Notes: generated by a model from the sequence alone, not told the origin. A stretch of 64,000 nt of DNA from Nitrosopumilaceae archaeon (GCA_965200155.1 CBDATR010000034.1:128001-192000), one strand, 5' to 3'; shown: positions 10,911 to 21,729, counted from the first letter of the stretch. Made by a program: numbers and translations.

Positions 10911-13211
10911 ATGTCCACAATACTCCCGGAGAGTATTGGGTATCTTGTTCTAGTAGGGATGGGCCTACTCATGGTGGTAGCCGTCACGCTACTGGTAAAA
11001 ATAGAGACAAAGTGGCTGGGAACCAGAAAGACATCCGAGTGGTTCTATACCGCGGGCAGGACAATAAAGACCGGTTTAATCGCGTCATCAGTAGTATCTG
11101 CATGGACCTGGGCGGCCACATTACTGCAGTCATCGACTGTAACATACGAGTTCGGCATTGCAGGCTCCTTCTGGTATGCGGCCGGGGCCAGCATACAGGT
11201 AATACTGTTCTCCATACTGGCCATAGAACTGAAACGAAAAGCGCCCATGACACATACATTTCCGGAGATGCTATACGTCAGATACGGGAGACACTCCCAC
11301 AAGGTCTTTCTCTTCTTTGCGCTCATGACAAATACCATAGTCACCGCCATGTTGGCACTGGGAGGGGCAGCGGTGGTAAGCTCGCTCACCGGTATCGACA
11401 TATTCCTGGCGGCATTTCTACTACCCGTAGGTGTTATAGCCTATACCATATTCGGCGGGCTCAAGGCCACATTCTTTGCCGAATACATTAACGCCGGTTT
11501 CATATTTGTCGTAATACTGGTATTTGTATCGGTCATTTACTTCCAGAGTCCCGAGATAGGGGGCGTCACGGGCATGTACGAGCGACTTAGTACCGCGGCC
11601 ATACTGAACCCGGTCGCGGGCAATGCAATGGGAAGTTTCCTTACACTGGCGTCGGTAGGAGCCCTGGTATTTGGCGTGATAAATATTGTGGGCAATTTCG
11701 GCACGGTCTTTGTTGATCAGTCCTACTGGCAGAGGGCAATTGCCACCCGGCCCAAGTCTGCCACGGGCGGTTTTATAATCGGAGGCCTGGCATGGTTTGC
11801 CATTCCCTTTGCATTAGCTACAACACTGGGACTGGCGGCCATAGCCATTGATGTCCCGCTAACACAGGACCAGATTGGCCAGGGATTGGTGGCACCAACC
11901 GCGGCGGCCATACTCATGGGGGACTTGGGAGCAATTCTTATCATATCGATCGTATTTACTGCCGTAACGGCCGCCGGCTCATCACAACTAATCAGCGTCT
12001 CATCGCTGGTAACTTATGACATATTCAGGACGTACATCAAGCCCTCGGCCACGGGCCGCCAGCTCATACAAGTATCACGATATGCCATACTGGTATTCGG
12101 GCTTGGCATGGGCGGCCTGGCATCCATACTATTCCAGCTGGGCGTCTCATTACAGTATGTCTATTTAATGATGGGCGTGCTTATCGGCTCCGCGGTAGCG
12201 CCCATATCACTGTCCATATTGTGGTCAAAGACAAACAGATACGCAGCTACCGGCGGGGCCATCACAGGACTGGTGGGCGGCATCATATCATGGATCATGA
12301 CTGCAATGATTCTGTTCGGGGAGATAACCATAGCCAGTACCGGCTCTATCATACCATTGCTGGTGGGAAATATTACATCCATTATGGCCAGTTTAGCGAT
12401 AACGGTGGGCGGCAGTATTTCAAGGCCGGACAAGTTCGATTACCGCGCCCTGAAACAGAGAATACTAGTGGTAGATGACAAGATACGTTCCCTATTAGAG
12501 CAGGACAGCGACGAGAAGATGCTCAGTCAAGCGTCCCGCGTATGCAAGCAGAGGGGACTGAGTATTGCCATAATACTGGTGATAGTGTGGCCCATGCCAT
12601 TGTTTCTGAGCGGCTATGTCTTTACGTTACAGTCATTTATGATATGGGTATGGCTCGCCATAACATGGATTGTTAGCGCCGCCGGGGCCGTTATAATACT
12701 GCCCGCCTGGGAGGCGCGCCACAGCATTAAAGCGATATTCAATCATCCTGCAGAACAGGCTGGCGATACCAGTCATGATGACTCGGATCTGGACGGGCAG
12801 CCAATCATCAAGGTACTGGTCCCAGTTGACGGCTCTACAAGATCCCTGCAGGCCCTGAATGGGGCGCACTATCTTTTGCGGGGCTCGATTGGCGTGCGAC
12901 TATACCTGTTACATGTCCTGGAGTGGCCGGACAGTGATGACTCCCAGAATGATGACGTCCTGAGTATGCGTATGCTAAAGGAGGGAAAGATGATTCTTGG
13001 CAGTGTTACCGTTCCGCAGGAGGCCGCAGGAGTCCGAAGGATAGTAAAGATGGGAGACCCACCCACAAAGATTACCGAGGTCGCGAACAACCTCAATGTG
13101 GACTTGATAGTCATGGGCAGGCGCGGGCTGGGGAACACTATAAATCCGCTGGGCCATGTAACCATGAAGGTGATACAAATGTCTCCCCGGCCCATTGCAC
13201 TGCTGGACTAG
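10911..13211 (+). CDS. DUR3-type urea active transporter (sodium:solute symporter) with C-terminal universal stress protein domain
   Basis: SAWTWAATLLQSS, GNFGTVFVDQSYWQRAIA, GGLAWFAIPF; C-terminal KVLVPVDGS..GDP..DLIVMGRRG USP motif; adjacent to ureG. Confidence 0.9.
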   Translation: MSTILPESIGYLVLVGMGLLMVVAVTLLVKIETKWLGTRKTSEWFYTAGRTIKTGLIASSVVSAWTWAATLLQSSTVTYEFGIAGSFWYAAGASIQVILFSILAIELKRKAPMTHTFPEMLYVRYGRHSHKVFLFFALMTNTIVTAMLALGGAAVVSSLTGIDIFLAAFLLPVGVIAYTIFGGLKATFFAEYINAGFIFVVILVFVSVIYFQSPEIGGVTGMYERLSTAAILNPVAGNAMGSFLTLASVGALVFGVINIVGNFGTVFVDQSYWQRAIATRPKSATGGFIIGGLAWFAIPFALATTLGLAAIAIDVPLTQDQIGQGLVAPTAAAILMGDLGAILIISIVFTAVTAAGSSQLISVSSLVTYDIFRTYIKPSATGRQLIQVSRYAILVFGLGMGGLASILFQLGVSLQYVYLMMGVLIGSAVAPISLSILWSKTNRYAATGGAITGLVGGIISWIMTAMILFGEITIASTGSIIPLLVGNITSIMASLAITVGGSISRPDKFDYRALKQRILVVDDKIRSLLEQDSDEKMLSQASRVCKQRGLSIAIILVIVWPMPLFLSGYVFTLQSFMIWVWLAITWIVSAAGAVIILPAWEARHSIKAIFNHPAEQAGDTSHDDSDLDGQPIIKVLVPVDGSTRSLQALNGAHYLLRGSIGVRLYLLHVLEWPDSDDSQNDDVLSMRMLKEGKMILGSVTVPQEAAGVRRIVKMGDPPTKITEVANNLNVDLIVMGRRGLGNTINPLGHVTMKVIQMSPRPIALLD

Positions 13212-13837
13212 TGTTTATCAAACAGGACGTCCTGTATTATGTATCGTGCCATGTCATTTATGCCGGTGTCATTTTTGCAGTTGGTCATGAGAAATGGCCG
13301 CTCCCCCCTCATTTTATGAGCATCATCTTTCATTACGTTCAAGCTGGCTCCCACATGTGGCGCCAGGTCAATCTTGTTTATTACAAGCAAGTCACAGCTC
13401 TGTATTCCCAGCCCGCCCTTTCGGGGGTACTTGTCTCCACCGGCCACATCAATGACATAAATGAAATAGTCCGCTAATAATGGGCTAAAGGTTGTGGTAA
13501 TATTGTCGCCGCCGCTCTCTATTATTATGATATCTATCTCCGGGTGATCCGACTCCATCTGCTCTATTACAGCAATATTCATGGAGGGATCCTCCCGAAT
13601 GGCCGTATGGGGACATCCTCCTGTAGCAACGCCTATCACCAAATCCTCAGATACTATGCCCTGGTTCCCTGCCAGATTGGTTCTAATACGGTCCGCGTCT
13701 TCCTTTGATACTACGTCATTGGATATGATGCCTGCGCGGAAACCCTTCCGTACAAGGACTGGTACCAGCCGCTCTATTATCATGCTCTTTCCGGAACCGA
13801 CCGGCCCGCCTATTCCAATACGGGGAATTGGGGACAT
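13208..13837 (-). CDS. ureG: urease accessory GTPase UreG
   Basis: GIGGPVGSGK, TGGCPHTAIRED, ESGGDN, DVAGGDKYPRKGG, INKIDLAPHVGA. Confidence 0.95.
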   Translation of the reverse strand: MSPIPRIGIGGPVGSGKSMIIERLVPVLVRKGFRAGIISNDVVSKEDADRIRTNLAGNQGIVSEDLVIGVATGGCPHTAIREDPSMNIAVIEQMESDHPEIDIIIIESGGDNITTTFSPLLADYFIYVIDVAGGDKYPRKGGLGIQSCDLLVINKIDLAPHVGASLNVMKDDAHKMRGERPFLMTNCKNDTGINDMARYIIQDVLFDKH

Positions 13838-13988
13838 TACGTATGTTTTCTGTTACATGTTGTATATGAATATGATATTTTTACTTGATACATGATAAGC
13901 CCTGTAGTGTATGTCCGGCTTTGGTATGCACAACTAGTTCTCCTGCGCCTAAATTTACTGAATGGTTGTGTATTTGGTAATGGAATAG

Positions 13989-14531
13989 TAGACCGTATGC
14001 GCAGAATCACTTCTCCCACCCTGCACATCTAAACCATATTGTTAGATACGAGCAATTGACCTAATATCATGGGTTATCCCACACAGACTCGTGTGAAACA
14101 GAAAAGTTAAGATCTAATTTTGTAGTACCAGGTATGCTAAAAGCAGAACTCACCAAGGAGCAGTTAGTCAGAGTACAACCGGATACACACCGAGTCTGAG
14201 GCCGAAGTAACAAACCTGCACGCCAAACTTGAAGCTCAAACAAAGAATGCCCTCGTTTCAAATCTTGATGATATCATAGAACGCAAGGATCAGCTTCATT
14301 CCCTGACCGGATGCACCCCGGAAGAGTTCAAATGGATACTAATCAGATTCACAGAATACGTAGAGTCCCTGGAAGGCGATGATGCACGGCGATTCTTAGA
14401 ACTTACAAATGATCGCGGCCATGTGAACAAATTTCCGGTCAGGCATGTACTCTTAGTTACACTGATACGCCTGCGCTGCAACACAAAGCAGGAGCTTCTT
14501 GCTGCAATACTCAAGATAAACCAGTCAAACA
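13989..14531 (+). pseudogene. truncated copy of second DDE_Tnp_4-type IS
   Basis: Near-identical to 7541-8083. Confidence 0.85.
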
Positions 14532-14632
14532 GTATGAGTTCACGTCTTCCGGAATCTTATGCACAAATCACATTAACTAGAACAACCTGTTCCATCAGTT
14601 ATGCGTAAATTTAGACACAGGTGAACTCATAC
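14532..14632 (+). mobile_element. MITE family 1, no TSD
   Basis: Joins the DDE_Tnp_4 fragment to an IS66 left end. Confidence 0.9.
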
Positions 14633-14828
14633 CTCACACGTTCCTTGTGATGTACAAGATCTTTCTTGGTAGCCGCAAGGGTATCCTGAAGAATCTGATT
14701 TTCCAGTTCCAATTCCTTATAGGACCGGCGCCTTCTTATTAGATTCTTATTGCAAATTTGGTATTTAAGCAAAATATTGTCATACCAATCTATATCTTAG
14801 TGAATGATCAAAACACGTGAACTCATAC
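14633..14828 (-). pseudogene. IS66 left-end fragment
   Basis: Reverse complement of about 4969-5164 including the 24-bp TIR. Confidence 0.85.
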
Positions 14829-15000
14829 CCAGGGATTCCTACTGGCACTACATAAAAAACCCACAAGATATAGAAAAATCAATCCCCATAATCAAAGTCT
14901 ATCAGATTAAATTTGGACAGTAGCCAAAAACAACATGGCCAATCATGGTGACAAAACAGGCATAGGGAAACTAGTTCCCTGCAAATTATGAAAAATATCT

Positions 15001-15846
15001 TTATCTCTCTATGGGAGCGCCAATGGCGTTTCCCCACTCGGTCCATGAACCGTCATAGTTCACTACTGTTGGATAGCCCAACAAATACTTGAGAACAAGC
15101 CAGGTATGAGATGATCTCTCACCTATCCTACAGTACGTTATGACATTCTTGTCGGGAGTCACTCCTGCATCACGATACAGTTTGGAGAGATCATCGGCAC
15201 TCTTGAATGTGCCATCTTTCTCGTTTACCGCCTTTAGCCAAGGAATGTTGGTAGCTCCAGGTATGTGGCCTGCCCTCTGGGCGCTCTCCGTAGGATACTC
15301 ACCCGGCGCCGATATCAAACCCTGAAACTCCGGCGGGGACCGCACATCCACCAATTGCATGTACTCGTTACTTAGTGACTCTGTGATATCCTTGCGTAAT
15401 ACCCTCAGCTCCGGTGATGGATTAGTCACTTCATACTCTGTGGGGCTAATCTGTGGTGAAACAGTATCATATGACCTTCCTTCCAGTTCCCACTTCGTTC
15501 GTCCGCCATTCATTATACGGACATCCTTGTGGCCATATATCTTGAATACCCACAACGCAAAGGTTGCAAACCAGTTGTGAAAGTCCCCATACAGTATAAC
15601 AGTAGTATCGGGCGTAATGCCACACTTGGACATGAGCGCTTCAAACTGTTCCTGACCAACTATATCTCTAGTAGCATTATCATTGATATCATCTTTCCAT
15701 GAAATCAGACTGGCTCCCGGCACATGACCTTTGTCATAGGCAGCTTGTGGGTCATAATCCACCTCGACTATCCGTAGGTTCTCGCCTAGTGTCTGGGTGG
15801 CGACCCATTGTGTATCTACAAGTATTTCTGGCGTAGCATATTTCAT
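15001..15846 (-). CDS. thiosulfate sulfurtransferase (two-domain rhodanese)
   Basis: GHVPGA, LVDVRSPPEF, GHIPGA, active site YCRIGERSS, YDGSWTEW. Confidence 0.95.
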   Translation of the reverse strand: MKYATPEILVDTQWVATQTLGENLRIVEVDYDPQAAYDKGHVPGASLISWKDDINDNATRDIVGQEQFEALMSKCGITPDTTVILYGDFHNWFATFALWVFKIYGHKDVRIMNGGRTKWELEGRSYDTVSPQISPTEYEVTNPSPELRVLRKDITESLSNEYMQLVDVRSPPEFQGLISAPGEYPTESAQRAGHIPGATNIPWLKAVNEKDGTFKSADDLSKLYRDAGVTPDKNVITYCRIGERSSHTWLVLKYLLGYPTVVNYDGSWTEWGNAIGAPIER

Positions 15847-15890
15847 ACCTAGTCACACGGTGGCTACAATATAATTCTTCTAGGCAATCA

Positions 15891-16012
15891 TAACCGTTTA
15901 GGACACTCCTAGACAACCGCTCAAAATACACCGCGAACACATCCATTCTTGCTTTTCTATCTTACATATGCCCGCGGATTTATCGTCTAGATTTACGCGA
16001 CCTAAACGGTTA
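15891..16012. mobile_element. MITE family 2 (122 bp)
   Basis: TIR taaccgtttagg / cctaaacggtta; 6-bp TSD caatca; related copy at about 39043-39248 (reverse) and same end at 63400. Confidence 0.8.
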
Positions 16013-16230
16013 CAATCATGGTTATTCCAGTTTGAGGCGCGTATATGATGAATTACAAAATTTAGTAAATCTCCCATCGAATCTACCCCATCGAATGGAC
16101 TACGGTCATGTTACTCTCATATAAGATTGGTATCACAGTTGCCGGTAAGGCAAATCATTGCCTCAATGAATGACAACCTAAAACCGTTCCCACACTAAAA
16201 TATTAATTCAGCCAGAAAACCATACCACAC

Positions 16231-17418
16231 ATGACAATAGGAGTATTGGCCTTCTCCGGCGGACTGGACACATCAGTGGTAGTCAAGTATCTACAAGAAG
16301 AGCACGGCATGGACGTAATTACCGTAACCGTAGACGTAGGGCAGGGCGAGGATTACAAGGATATAGATGCCAAATCCAGGGCTCTTGGTACCATAAAACA
16401 TTACACCATTGATGCTCGAAAAGAGTTTGTCACCAATTACATTCATCCGGCCATACGCGCCAACGCCCTGTACCAAGGCAAATACTGTCTTGCGACGGCA
16501 CTGGCCAGACCCCTCATAGCGCACAAGGTTCTGGAAATAGCAAAAAAAGAGGGGGCGACGGCACTGGCTCACGGCTGTTCGGGCAAGGGCAATGACCAGG
16601 TACGATTTGACCTAACATTCAGGTCAGGCTCGGACTTGCCCATAATAGCGCCCATACGCAGCAAGAACCTGGACCGCCCCGCCGAAATAACCTATGCCGA
16701 AAAGCACGGCATACACCTGGATACGGTAGCAAGACAGTTCAGTATTGATCAGAACCTGTGGGGCCGCGCCATAGAGGGCGGTGTCCTGGAGGATGCCTTT
16801 GCAGAGCCACCCCAGGACGCATTCATCTGGACAAAAACAGGTAATTTTCCTGACACGCCCACATATACCGAGATAACATTCCGTGAGGGCATTCCCATAG
16901 CGGTGGATAACCAGGACATGGACCCCGTACATATCATCGAGTACCTGAATAGAATGGCAGGGGAAGCGGGCATTGGCATTATAGACCACATCGAGGACCG
17001 CGCCGTCGGCCTCAAGTCCAGGGAGGTATACGAGACACCCGCGGCCACCTGCCTTATAGAGGCGCATTCTGATCTGGAAAAGATGGTTCATACAATACAC
17101 CAGAGTAGAATGAAGAGAATGATGGACGATGAGTGGGCACGATTAGTATACCTGGGGTTATGGGATGAGCCACTGCGCCGCAACATTGATGCCTGTATCC
17201 ATGACATGCAGAATGTAGTCTCAGGAAAAGTCAGACTCAAGATGTACTGCGGGGCACTAAGAGTAGTGGGCCGCCAGTCACCATACTCCATGTACAACAG
17301 GAGTGTGGCCACGTATGGCTCTGACTCCACCTTTGATCAGAGAATGGCCACCGGTTTTGTAGAGTTGTGGGGCGCACAATCCGCAGAAGCCAATCGCATA
17401 CAGAACAGGGTGGAGTAA
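16231..17418 (+). CDS. argG: argininosuccinate synthase
   Basis: VLAFSGGLDTS, ALARPLIA, HGCSGKGNDQVRF, SIDQNLWGRAIEGG, KSREVYE. Confidence 0.97.
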   Translation: MTIGVLAFSGGLDTSVVVKYLQEEHGMDVITVTVDVGQGEDYKDIDAKSRALGTIKHYTIDARKEFVTNYIHPAIRANALYQGKYCLATALARPLIAHKVLEIAKKEGATALAHGCSGKGNDQVRFDLTFRSGSDLPIIAPIRSKNLDRPAEITYAEKHGIHLDTVARQFSIDQNLWGRAIEGGVLEDAFAEPPQDAFIWTKTGNFPDTPTYTEITFREGIPIAVDNQDMDPVHIIEYLNRMAGEAGIGIIDHIEDRAVGLKSREVYETPAATCLIEAHSDLEKMVHTIHQSRMKRMMDDEWARLVYLGLWDEPLRRNIDACIHDMQNVVSGKVRLKMYCGALRVVGRQSPYSMYNRSVATYGSDSTFDQRMATGFVELWGAQSAEANRIQNRVE

Positions 17419-18267
17419 TTGTCACGACTGTGCATAGCATATGACATGATGCGGGCCGAAGAAAAGATGCTAAGCAAGGCAGTTACCGCTCTTGGCCATG
17501 ACATACACATGCTGGATGTCAAGGAGAGGCAGACCAGCACACTGGATAGAACGCCAAACATAGGTCATGTAGTACTGGAACGCTGCGTCAGTTATTACCG
17601 TGGCCTGCACTTTACGGCGTATCTGGAATTCATGGATGTACCGGTCATAAACCGGTTTGACGTAGCCATACTATGTGGCAACAAGATGTTTGTCACGCTA
17701 AAACTAAAGAAGCACAACATACCGACGCCTGAAACCAGCTTTGCATTCTCCGGCGATACTGCAAAATCAGTCATGGACCAGCATGGTTACCCCAAGGTAA
17801 TCAAGCCCGTGGTAGGCAGCTGGGGCCGGGGAGTCATGCCACTCCGGGATGTAGATACACTGGATGCCATAATCGAGATACGCAAGGTAACTGACACGCC
17901 CCTGGACCGCATATACTACTTGCAGGACATGATAAAGAGGCCGGACCGGGACATTCGTGTCATAACGGTAGGCGACACACCAATAGCCGCCATGTACCGC
18001 TCATCCAAGGGCTTTCGTACAAATGTCTCCGCGGGAGGAGACCCCCAACCATGTGATCATACAGGTGAGATTGGCGAGATAGCCGCGCGCGCGTCCCGGG
18101 CCGTTGGGGGGGGCATACTGGGCATAGACATGATGGAGGATTCGGACCGGGGCATCGTAGTTCACGAGATAAACAATACGGTAGAATTCCGGGGCATATC
18201 CAAGGTGGCCAAGACCGACATTGCGCAAGAAATGGTTCAATACGCACTGAGTCATGTTAGGAAATAA
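17419..18267 (+). CDS. lysX: LysX/ArgX ATP-grasp LysW ligase
   Basis: KPVVGSWGRG, DRDIRV, RTNV..GG, HEINNTVEF; TTG start abutting the argG stop. Confidence 0.9.
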   Translation: MSRLCIAYDMMRAEEKMLSKAVTALGHDIHMLDVKERQTSTLDRTPNIGHVVLERCVSYYRGLHFTAYLEFMDVPVINRFDVAILCGNKMFVTLKLKKHNIPTPETSFAFSGDTAKSVMDQHGYPKVIKPVVGSWGRGVMPLRDVDTLDAIIEIRKVTDTPLDRIYYLQDMIKRPDRDIRVITVGDTPIAAMYRSSKGFRTNVSAGGDPQPCDHTGEIGEIAARASRAVGGGILGIDMMEDSDRGIVVHEINNTVEFRGISKVAKTDIAQEMVQYALSHVRK

Positions 18268-18295
18268 ATTATACCCATAGCGTACTCTTGGTATC

Positions 18296-19345
18296 ATGAA
18301 TGTTGGTGTAGTGGGAGCGTCCGGATATGTAGGCGGCGAGACATTAAGACTGTTGGTGAATCACCCCAAGGTGGACATAACCATGGTCACGTCCCGGCAG
18401 CACGTGGGCCAGTACCTGCACCGCATACAGCCCAGCCTCAAGGGATTCACGGATTTGACCTTCTCGGTTCTTGACTATGACCGCATGAGTGACCGGTGCG
18501 ACCTGGTTATTGTGGCAGTCCCCCACGGCTCCGCGACGGACATATCAAAGGCGTTCTATGACAGGGGCGTAAAGGTAATAGATCTCAGTGCCGACTATCG
18601 TCTGCACAATCCTGAGGCATACCAGAAATGGTACGGATGGAAGCACCCATATCCTGAGTATCTGGAAAAGTCGGTATTTGGCATACCGGAACTGCACAGG
18701 GACGATATCAAGAATGCCAGCATGGTATCCTGTCCCGGATGCATGGCTGTCACATCCATACTGGCACTTGCCCCCCTCATACGGAATGATGTCATAGACA
18801 AGGAGCATATTGTCGTAGACTCAAAGATTGGCTCGTCCGGTGCGGGATCAGGTTCCGGTACGGCTCACGCCATGCGTGCCGGTGTCATTCGGCCCTACAA
18901 GCCCTCAAAGCACAGGCACACTGGCGAGATAGAGCAGGAGCTCAGCCAGATAGCGGGCTCGGACATACGGGTATCCATGAGTCCCCATGCCGTAGATGTG
19001 GTACGGGGCATATTATGCACTAATCACACATTCTTAAAAGATGACAGTATAGATGAAAAGGCGCTTTGGCGCATGTACAGGGGTGCATACAGTAATGAAA
19101 GGTTTGTGCGTCTCATACGGGACAAGAATGGGCTGTACAAATTCCCTGACCCCAAGTTCCTGGTAGGCTCCAACTTTTGTGACATTGGCTTTGATATTGA
19201 TCCTGATAATAACCGTCTCATACTGTTATCGGCATCAGACAACCTGATGAAGGGCGCCGCTGGTTCAGCCATACAGAATCTCAACGTCATGTGCGGGTTT
19301 GACGAGAGTGATGGGCTACAGTATACCCCGCTAACGCCGGTGTGA
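18296..19345 (+). CDS. argC: LysY/ArgC [LysW]-phosphate reductase
   Basis: GASGYVGGE, DLSADYRL, CPGC, HRHTGEI, DNLMKGAAG. Confidence 0.93.
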   Translation: MNVGVVGASGYVGGETLRLLVNHPKVDITMVTSRQHVGQYLHRIQPSLKGFTDLTFSVLDYDRMSDRCDLVIVAVPHGSATDISKAFYDRGVKVIDLSADYRLHNPEAYQKWYGWKHPYPEYLEKSVFGIPELHRDDIKNASMVSCPGCMAVTSILALAPLIRNDVIDKEHIVVDSKIGSSGAGSGSGTAHAMRAGVIRPYKPSKHRHTGEIEQELSQIAGSDIRVSMSPHAVDVVRGILCTNHTFLKDDSIDEKALWRMYRGAYSNERFVRLIRDKNGLYKFPDPKFLVGSNFCDIGFDIDPDNNRLILLSASDNLMKGAAGSAIQNLNVMCGFDESDGLQYTPLTPV

Positions 19346-19346
19346 C

Positions 19347-20147
19347 ATGTACGTCATAAAGGTGGGGGGCAGTATTGTAGATGGCCTTCACCCCTCTTTT
19401 GTGAATGACATTAGTGACATGGCCGAAAGCGGCCTTATCATAGTGCACGGCGGGGGCAAGGAGGTCACAAAAGTGTGCGGGGAGCTGGGCAAGGAGCCCC
19501 GCTTTGTGACATCACCCAGCGGCATACGCAGCCGCTATACGGACATGGAGACAGCAGAGATATTCACCATGGTTATGTCAGGGCGTATCAACCAGCGCAT
19601 CGTGCGCATGCTGCAAAAGAGCGGCATAAATGCAGTTGGAATGGCGGGCGCAGATGCGGCCATAATAAGGGCTACACGCAAAAAGCGTCTCTTAATAATG
19701 AATGAGAGGGGCCGCCCTCAGGCCATAGACGGCGGGTATACCGGTCGCATTACAGAGGTGAATAACCAGTTTCTCCGCGTAATAATGGATAACGGCATGA
19801 TACCGGTAGTCTCGCCGGTAGCCCTTAGTGAGGAGTACCAGTCACTGAATGTGGACGGCGACAGGGCCGCGGCCTATGTGGCGGGCGCCACCAATGCGGA
19901 CACCGTCATATTCGTTACTAATGTTGATGGACTGATGATGGATGACTCCCTGGTTTCGAGCCTGACACTCGAGGAGGCAAAGAGCATACGGCCAAAGGTC
20001 GGTGCCGGCATGGAAAAGAAGATACTGGCAGCTACTGAGGCCCTGGACATGGGTGTACGCCGGGCCATAATAGCGTCCGGAATGCACGAGAATCCCCTAA
20101 AGAGGGCGCTGTCACAGAAGAATTGTACGGTGATTCAGAATGGGTGA
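19347..20147 (+). CDS. lysZ: LysZ/ArgB [LysW]-aminoadipate/glutamate kinase
   Basis: IKVGGS, VHGGG, SPSGIRSRYT, GYTGRI, NVDGDRAAA. Confidence 0.92.
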   Translation: MYVIKVGGSIVDGLHPSFVNDISDMAESGLIIVHGGGKEVTKVCGELGKEPRFVTSPSGIRSRYTDMETAEIFTMVMSGRINQRIVRMLQKSGINAVGMAGADAAIIRATRKKRLLIMNERGRPQAIDGGYTGRITEVNNQFLRVIMDNGMIPVVSPVALSEEYQSLNVDGDRAAAYVAGATNADTVIFVTNVDGLMMDDSLVSSLTLEEAKSIRPKVGAGMEKKILAATEALDMGVRRAIIASGMHENPLKRALSQKNCTVIQNG

Positions 20148-21300
20148 GGATCAGTACACGGGGAACCTGTACCAAAAGTTTCCCGTCACCGTGAAGAGCG
20201 GGAATGGTGCCTCAATCCAGGACGAGAATGGCAGGACATACGTGGACATGATGGGAGGCTATGGCGTGGCCCTTGTAGGCCACTGTAACAGCAGGGTCTC
20301 AGATGCCATAGTGGAGCAGGCTCAAAAAATCATTACTATTCACAGCTCCCTGTACAGCAAGACCAGGGAGGAGTTTCTGGGAATGCTGGCAGGGGTGGCG
20401 CCCCCTGGTCTTGATGCCATACATTTTGGAAATAGTGGCGCCGAATCAGTCGAGGCGGCCATCAAGATATGCCGCAAGTATACCGGCAAGAAGGGCATGA
20501 TAGCCATGCGGGGTTCATATCATGGCAAGTCCATGGGGGCCTTGTCACTTACCTTTAACCCCAAGTATAGGCGGTCATTTCAGCCATTACTGGATGGCGT
20601 ATCATTCTCCAAGTTTGGCGACATGGAGGCATTAAGGTCGGCCGTAAACGAGGATACGGGAATGATAATAATAGAGCCCATACAGGGGGAGAGCGGCATA
20701 CACGTGCCTCCGGACTGCTTTTTGCAGGAGGTCCGGGAGATTTGTGACGGCAAGAACATACTACTAGTCCTGGACGAGATACAGTCGGGTTTGGGGCGTA
20801 CCGGCAAAATGTGGGCGGCCTCGCACTGGGGAGTGGCTCCTGACATACTATGCATAGCAAAGGGGATGGCAGGCGGCGTTCCCATGAGCGCCACTCTGAC
20901 CCGCCAGGACATTTTATCATGCATATCAAAGGGCGAGCACTCCTCCACCTTTGGGGGCAATCCGCTCTCCTGTGCCGCGGGTATAGGCACACTAAAGGCA
21001 CTGACACAGGACGGACTGATAGAGAACGCAGATACGGTGGGCAAGCATATCATGACGCGACTGCAGGACATGAAAAGTGGGCATCGTGTAATACGGGAGA
21101 TTCGGGGCAGGGGCTTAATGATAGGAGTAGAGATGCGCATGGAGGTCAGAGACATACTGATGAGCCTGATAAAACGAGGCGTCCTTATGCTGTACTCTGG
21201 CAGGAACGTGTTGAGGATGCTGCCGCCACTAGTAATAACCACCAAAGAGGCAGATATTGCCCTGGACGCCCTGGAGACAATCCTCTCGGAGAATGAGTGA
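20140..21300 (+). CDS. lysJ: LysJ/ArgD class-III aminotransferase
   Basis: NSGAESVEAAIK, EPIQGESG, DEIQSGLGRTG, AKGMAGG, HSSTFGGNPL. Confidence 0.92.
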   Translation: MGEDQYTGNLYQKFPVTVKSGNGASIQDENGRTYVDMMGGYGVALVGHCNSRVSDAIVEQAQKIITIHSSLYSKTREEFLGMLAGVAPPGLDAIHFGNSGAESVEAAIKICRKYTGKKGMIAMRGSYHGKSMGALSLTFNPKYRRSFQPLLDGVSFSKFGDMEALRSAVNEDTGMIIIEPIQGESGIHVPPDCFLQEVREICDGKNILLVLDEIQSGLGRTGKMWAASHWGVAPDILCIAKGMAGGVPMSATLTRQDILSCISKGEHSSTFGGNPLSCAAGIGTLKALTQDGLIENADTVGKHIMTRLQDMKSGHRVIREIRGRGLMIGVEMRMEVRDILMSLIKRGVLMLYSGRNVLRMLPPLVITTKEADIALDALETILSENE

Positions 21301-21715
21301 GATGGCACAAGATATCAATGACACAATCCTGGACATGTTGGCAGAGAACTCCCGCGTATCACTTGCCAGTATAGCAAGTGAGACTAACATGTCTGCGCCG
21401 TCGGTGCGCCGCCGCATAGCCCAAATGGTATCAGAGGGCACCATAAAGCGGTTCACCGTAGAGCGGGGAGACGCCGGTACCAGCGCCATTGTATTGGTTA
21501 CGGCAGAGTCAGGCTCAGATACGGCCGCCCTGTCCGAGAGGATAAATGGCATGGATGGCGTAAGGACCGTATACGAGATAACCGGGCAGCATGATATCGT
21601 GGCCATAGTACATGCCCCAGACATATCGGAGATGAATCGCATCATAGACATGATGCGGGAGACGCCGGGAATTCAGGATACCAATACGGCCATAATACTG
21701 CGAAAACTGCACTAA
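21293..21715 (+). CDS. Lrp/AsnC regulator (LysM-type)
   Basis: ILDMLAENSRVSLASIA..VRRRI..EGTIKRFT, YEITGQHD; start at 21293 or 21302. Confidence 0.85.
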   Translation: MSEMAQDINDTILDMLAENSRVSLASIASETNMSAPSVRRRIAQMVSEGTIKRFTVERGDAGTSAIVLVTAESGSDTAALSERINGMDGVRTVYEITGQHDIVAIVHAPDISEMNRIIDMMRETPGIQDTNTAIILRKLH

Positions 21716-21729
21716 CTGGCTGCGTTAAG

